64,000 nucleotides of DNA. It comes from an uncultured virus (IMG/VR IMGVR_UViG_3300006899_000004) (taxonomy: Duplodnaviria > Heunggongvirae > Uroviricota > Caudoviricetes). How positions within the stretch are numbered: position 1 is the stretch's first letter; every line of letters starts with the position of its first letter. A program made the position numbers and the translations under genes. Of this stretch, positions 60,674 through 64,000 are shown one piece after another. The stretch lies in IMG/VR virus record IMGVR_UViG_3300006899_000004, one strand, 5' to 3'. The notes beneath the pieces were generated by a model. It was given only the letters and a program-made list of their open reading frames with translations, ran no database searches and was not told the origin of the DNA.

Positions 60674-61796
60674 AACGCAAATGCACGTTCGAACCGTGCT
60701 CTCGGTGGTGCCGCAGCTTCCTGCTGCGATCTCGGTCTTGTTCAGAGGAAATCACGGTATCGGAAAGAGCCAGGTCGTGGCTCAACTCCGGAACCTGATC
60801 AAGGAGAGTGACCCCAATCTTGGGGATTTTCCTCTCATCGACAGGCGTCTCTCTCAGTTGACTGAGGGTGACATCATCGGTCTTCCTTCGACTGACGGTG
60901 AGGTGACTCGATTCAACCCGCCCGACTGGTACAAGCAGGCGTGCAACAAGCCTGCGTGTCTGTTCCTCGACGAGCTCAACCGTGCAACTCCCGAGGTCAT
61001 GCAGGCGGCATTTCAGATTGTTCTTGATCGGACCCTGAACGGTCAGAGCCTACACCCGCAGACTCGAGTGTTCGCTGCGGTCAACGATTCTGGTGCGTAC
61101 ACCGTCAACGAGATCGACCCCGCTCTGCTGGATCGATTCTGGGTGGTGGATCTGAATCCCGACGTGGACGACTGGCTCACTTGGGCTCGGAACGTTGGGA
61201 TCCATGATCACATCACGGGATTCATCGCAGCGAATCCCAAGTTCTTGGATCCTCACAAGAACGTTGAGCCGGGTGCTGTGTCTCCGTCCCGTCGCTCGTA
61301 CGAGCGTCTGGACATGAGCTTGAAATGTGCTGGGATCGAAGAGAAGCCCAATGACGATCGATTCTACTCGATCGCTGCAGGGTTCCTCGGTGTCGAAGCA
61401 GCGCAGGCTTTCTCTGCTCACGCCAAGAACAACGACCTCCGCGTTCTTCCCGAGGAGGTCGTCAACAGTTACAAGAAGGTGCAGAAGAAGGTGCAGAAGA
61501 TGTCGATCGAGAGGCAGGTCGACCTCACTGCGAAGCTCTCAGACTACTTCGCCGAGAAGCCCGAGAACCGAAAGTTCAGCGACAAGGTGCTTGGAAATCT
61601 CGATCTCTTCATGCAAGACATCACGCCTGAGACTCGCTTGACGTTCTTCACGAATGTCATCCGAAGCTGCGGCACCGACACCGCCGCGATGGCAGCCTTC
61701 AACGCAAAGGTGAACTATCAAGTACTTCAGTTATTCGGTGTGAACGCTGACGGTACTGGCGAAGTGAAGGTACCTGACTTCCTCGAAAAGAAGTAA
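60666..61796 (+). CDS. MoxR-type (AAA_5) AAA+ ATPase
   Basis: GNHGIGKS (Walker A), DIIGLP, PPDW, LFLDELNRA (Walker B), AAVN, DPALLDRF, SPSRRSYE. Confidence 0.9.
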   Translation: MAKTQMHVRTVLSVVPQLPAAISVLFRGNHGIGKSQVVAQLRNLIKESDPNLGDFPLIDRRLSQLTEGDIIGLPSTDGEVTRFNPPDWYKQACNKPACLFLDELNRATPEVMQAAFQIVLDRTLNGQSLHPQTRVFAAVNDSGAYTVNEIDPALLDRFWVVDLNPDVDDWLTWARNVGIHDHITGFIAANPKFLDPHKNVEPGAVSPSRRSYERLDMSLKCAGIEEKPNDDRFYSIAAGFLGVEAAQAFSAHAKNNDLRVLPEEVVNSYKKVQKKVQKMSIERQVDLTAKLSDYFAEKPENRKFSDKVLGNLDLFMQDITPETRLTFFTNVIRSCGTDTAAMAAFNAKVNYQVLQLFGVNADGTGEVKVPDFLEKK

Positions 61797-61800
61797 AGGC

Positions 61801-62268
61801 GTGTCAGCACCAAAGCTGATATCTAGCAGCACCATGCAACTAGCAAAACTAGTTGCATGGTGCTCTTGTCACAGTCTGAATGTTACCATCAGAGAAGGTA
61901 ATTTTCAGGGCGAAAATATGGCTTTTTTTTGTGACGATTCTATCACTGTCACAAAACAGAAAAAAGCGCAAGAGACAGTGTGGCTTCTTCTCCACGAGAT
62001 TGGACACTATCTTGTAACAAAAAAACATCCCAATAGGTACAAAAACGGATATCCTCACAGAGAAAAACCAAAGAAAAATTTGTTAAAGGCTGTACACTAT
62101 GTCTCTATTCTTGAAGAAGAGATAGAGGCGTGGAATCTTGGAAGAGAACTGAGCAAAGACTTGAAATTCAAGTTCTCAGTCTCAGAATTTGAAAAGTACA
62201 AAACAAGTATGCTTAAATCTCACATCACGTGGGCGTACCTGAAACTTTCAAAAGATAGTAGTCTCTAA
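61801..62268 (+). CDS. HExxH zinc metallopeptidase (ImmA/IrrE-like)
   Basis: LLHEIGH...EEEIEAW. Confidence 0.7.
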   Translation: MSAPKLISSSTMQLAKLVAWCSCHSLNVTIREGNFQGENMAFFCDDSITVTKQKKAQETVWLLLHEIGHYLVTKKHPNRYKNGYPHREKPKKNLLKAVHYVSILEEEIEAWNLGRELSKDLKFKFSVSEFEKYKTSMLKSHITWAYLKLSKDSSL

Positions 62269-63035
62269 TGAGAAGAAAAAACTTCCTTAAAAGAGGGTTA
62301 TCAACAGTTCTTCCACACAACTTTTCAGATAGAATACTCAAACAATATCGACAGATACTTAACGGCAATGAAGATCTTGCAAAGGCGCTAACGGCTGCTG
62401 ACAACGCAACGCTACATTCTGTTTCAGGCGTTGTTATCTCTAACGAGAGAGATATAAGAACGGGAAAGTTACTGCCTTTTAGAGGGACGCGGAAAGAAAA
62501 GAGAAAGTTCCGCAAGGTATGGAGAAAGGGTTTCAAGAGTTTTCTAGACGTTGAAACTACGACCCTCTACTTCAACGTGATTGATCGATTGAGGTTTTCA
62601 AATTCGAAAGCCAATTGTGTAGCGCTCACAAAAAGACACAAAAAGAAGTGTCTAAAACGTTTTAGCAGACAGGGTCACGCTATCTGGTTGCTTTCTTCTG
62701 CTAAGAACAAGGGCTCTTTCACAGACAAACTGCAAAACTATGCTGTTGTTAACAGCAAAAAACTCGCTTCAAGACGTGGAAGAACTATGATTGCAAGACT
62801 TAAAAATGCAATCAAGATGAAACGTTTTCTCGCGAAGATCGTTGCTCTCAACGAAAATCAGGGAAGTGCAGTCATCAATATGCTCAAGAGCAAAGAAAGC
62901 TGGCTTCAATCAGGATATAGACTCCACAAAGACCTCAAAAGGTCAGATAGTAACCGTAAAGAGCGCAGTGAACAGTTTAAAAAGATTTTGTCACATAAAC
63001 CGTTCATGCTTCTAGCTAAAGAAACTAAAGATTAA
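62268..63035 (+). CDS. highly basic hypothetical protein
   Basis: 255-aa K/R-rich ORF. Confidence 0.6.
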   Translation: MRRKNFLKRGLSTVLPHNFSDRILKQYRQILNGNEDLAKALTAADNATLHSVSGVVISNERDIRTGKLLPFRGTRKEKRKFRKVWRKGFKSFLDVETTTLYFNVIDRLRFSNSKANCVALTKRHKKKCLKRFSRQGHAIWLLSSAKNKGSFTDKLQNYAVVNSKKLASRRGRTMIARLKNAIKMKRFLAKIVALNENQGSAVINMLKSKESWLQSGYRLHKDLKRSDSNRKERSEQFKKILSHKPFMLLAKETKD

Positions 63036-63245
63036 TTCTAGGACTACTCGTAAATAGTCCTTTGAAGCTAGTTAACGTGTGAACAGGGAAGAGCGAGCAA
63101 CCCCCTAAGTAACTGTCGTCATGTGTCTTCGCACAAGACGCACTACGTTATTCTAGAAATAGAATAACATTAAGAAGAGAGAAAAAGCTGGAAGAAATTC
63201 CAGCTTTTTCTTTTTCAAGAAAACTTACGTGAGGATCATATCTAC

Positions 63246-63533
63246 TTGGATCATGTGATTTCTAACAAAGAAATTCCAAAGCGTGGAGACACAATCATTA
63301 TTTCTTCAAATTGTGTAGAACACTGGTACAGTTATTTTATCTTGACAAAGAACCCAACTATGGTAACACCAGAACACGAAATAGAACACACAGCATGCTT
63401 AGTACACGATATTCTCATACCTGTGATTGAGATAAAAGTGTTCAAGACTCGTGTTGACGTAGACAGATATTCTGTCAAGATAGGAATGTCTTGTTTACAC
63501 AAAATCAGTGATAACTTTTGGAGTAATTTTTGA
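63246..63533 (+). CDS. hypothetical protein
   Basis: IPKRGDTII, resembles the GDLV family. Confidence 0.5.
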   Translation: MDHVISNKEIPKRGDTIIISSNCVEHWYSYFILTKNPTMVTPEHEIEHTACLVHDILIPVIEIKVFKTRVDVDRYSVKIGMSCLHKISDNFWSNF

Positions 63534-63569
63534 CGTGTAACGCTCTGTGCGCCGTGGTACAGTCGTGTC

Positions 63570-63845
63570 ATGGATTTAGCACCTGGCGCTGCGCCTTTGG
63601 TTGGTGATATACTGTTGCACTATGGAACAGTAGAAATTCGCGTAGTGACCAAGTCAACTTTTTTACACATCTCTAGTGAACACTTTGTTTTCAACTTGAA
63701 GTGCTTCTCTCTAGACGAAAATAGAGATCACTATCTCAGATTTATTTTCCATCCCGAGTTTACCGATCGCCGACCGTCACGCTCAAACGCAATTTGGAGA
63801 GTTTATTTTAGTCATGGTGATGCTTTCCCATACAGTAAAACTTAA
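63570..63845 (+). CDS. hypothetical protein
   Basis: GTGTAA-N17-TACAGT-N6-ATG. Confidence 0.6.
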   Translation: MDLAPGAAPLVGDILLHYGTVEIRVVTKSTFLHISSEHFVFNLKCFSLDENRDHYLRFIFHPEFTDRRPSRSNAIWRVYFSHGDAFPYSKT

Positions 63846-64000
63846 AACATGAAACAAGTAGACATCGATCTGCTGAAACCCGGGAAGATCATCATTTATT
63901 CTAGCGCTTATGAAACATCATGGATGACTGCAATGTACGCTATTGTGGTTGATTGTGTATATGATGAATCACTAATATATGACCAATATATCAAGATGAA

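Noticed and set aside
62268..63200. TnpB/IscB-like nuclease with downstream guide RNA
   Set aside because: The protein is basic but shows no RuvC or zinc-finger motifs; the downstream hairpins fit a terminator

Overview
This window is part of a large (jumbo-type) dsDNA phage genome read in the standard code; it has no integrase, transposase or CRISPR array. The left arm (1-30.8 kb) is AT-rich and almost all on the minus strand. It holds a partial DinG-like helicase, a probable virion beta-helix protein and a DUF2201/VWA metallopeptidase. It also holds a sigma-70-like factor that stops before region 4.2, with a separate small HTH gene downstream. Next come 12 tRNA genes beside a stand-alone CCA-type HD domain, a Nudix hydrolase, a cyclic-phosphate REC protein and about 30 small GDLV-motif paralogs. 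An iteron-like repeat block at 30.8-31.1 kb marks an abrupt switch to a GC-richer region (31-58 kb). That region is built from small gene cassettes, each driven by one promoter architecture: GTGAAC-like box, 17 nt, TAGAAT-like box, 6 nt, ATG (leaderless). It also carries AlkB, non-canonical tRNAs and a family of promoter-driven panhandle small RNAs. Two of these RNAs contain a circularly permuted tRNA elbow of YrlA/Y-RNA type. The right end has a RadA-like ATPase, a MoxR-type AAA+ ATPase and an HExxH peptidase. The best candidates for novel systems are the Y-RNA-like/panhandle RNA family with tRNA-repair genes, the split sigma factor, and the promoter-cassette architecture. All calls come from motif reading by eye; no database searches were run.
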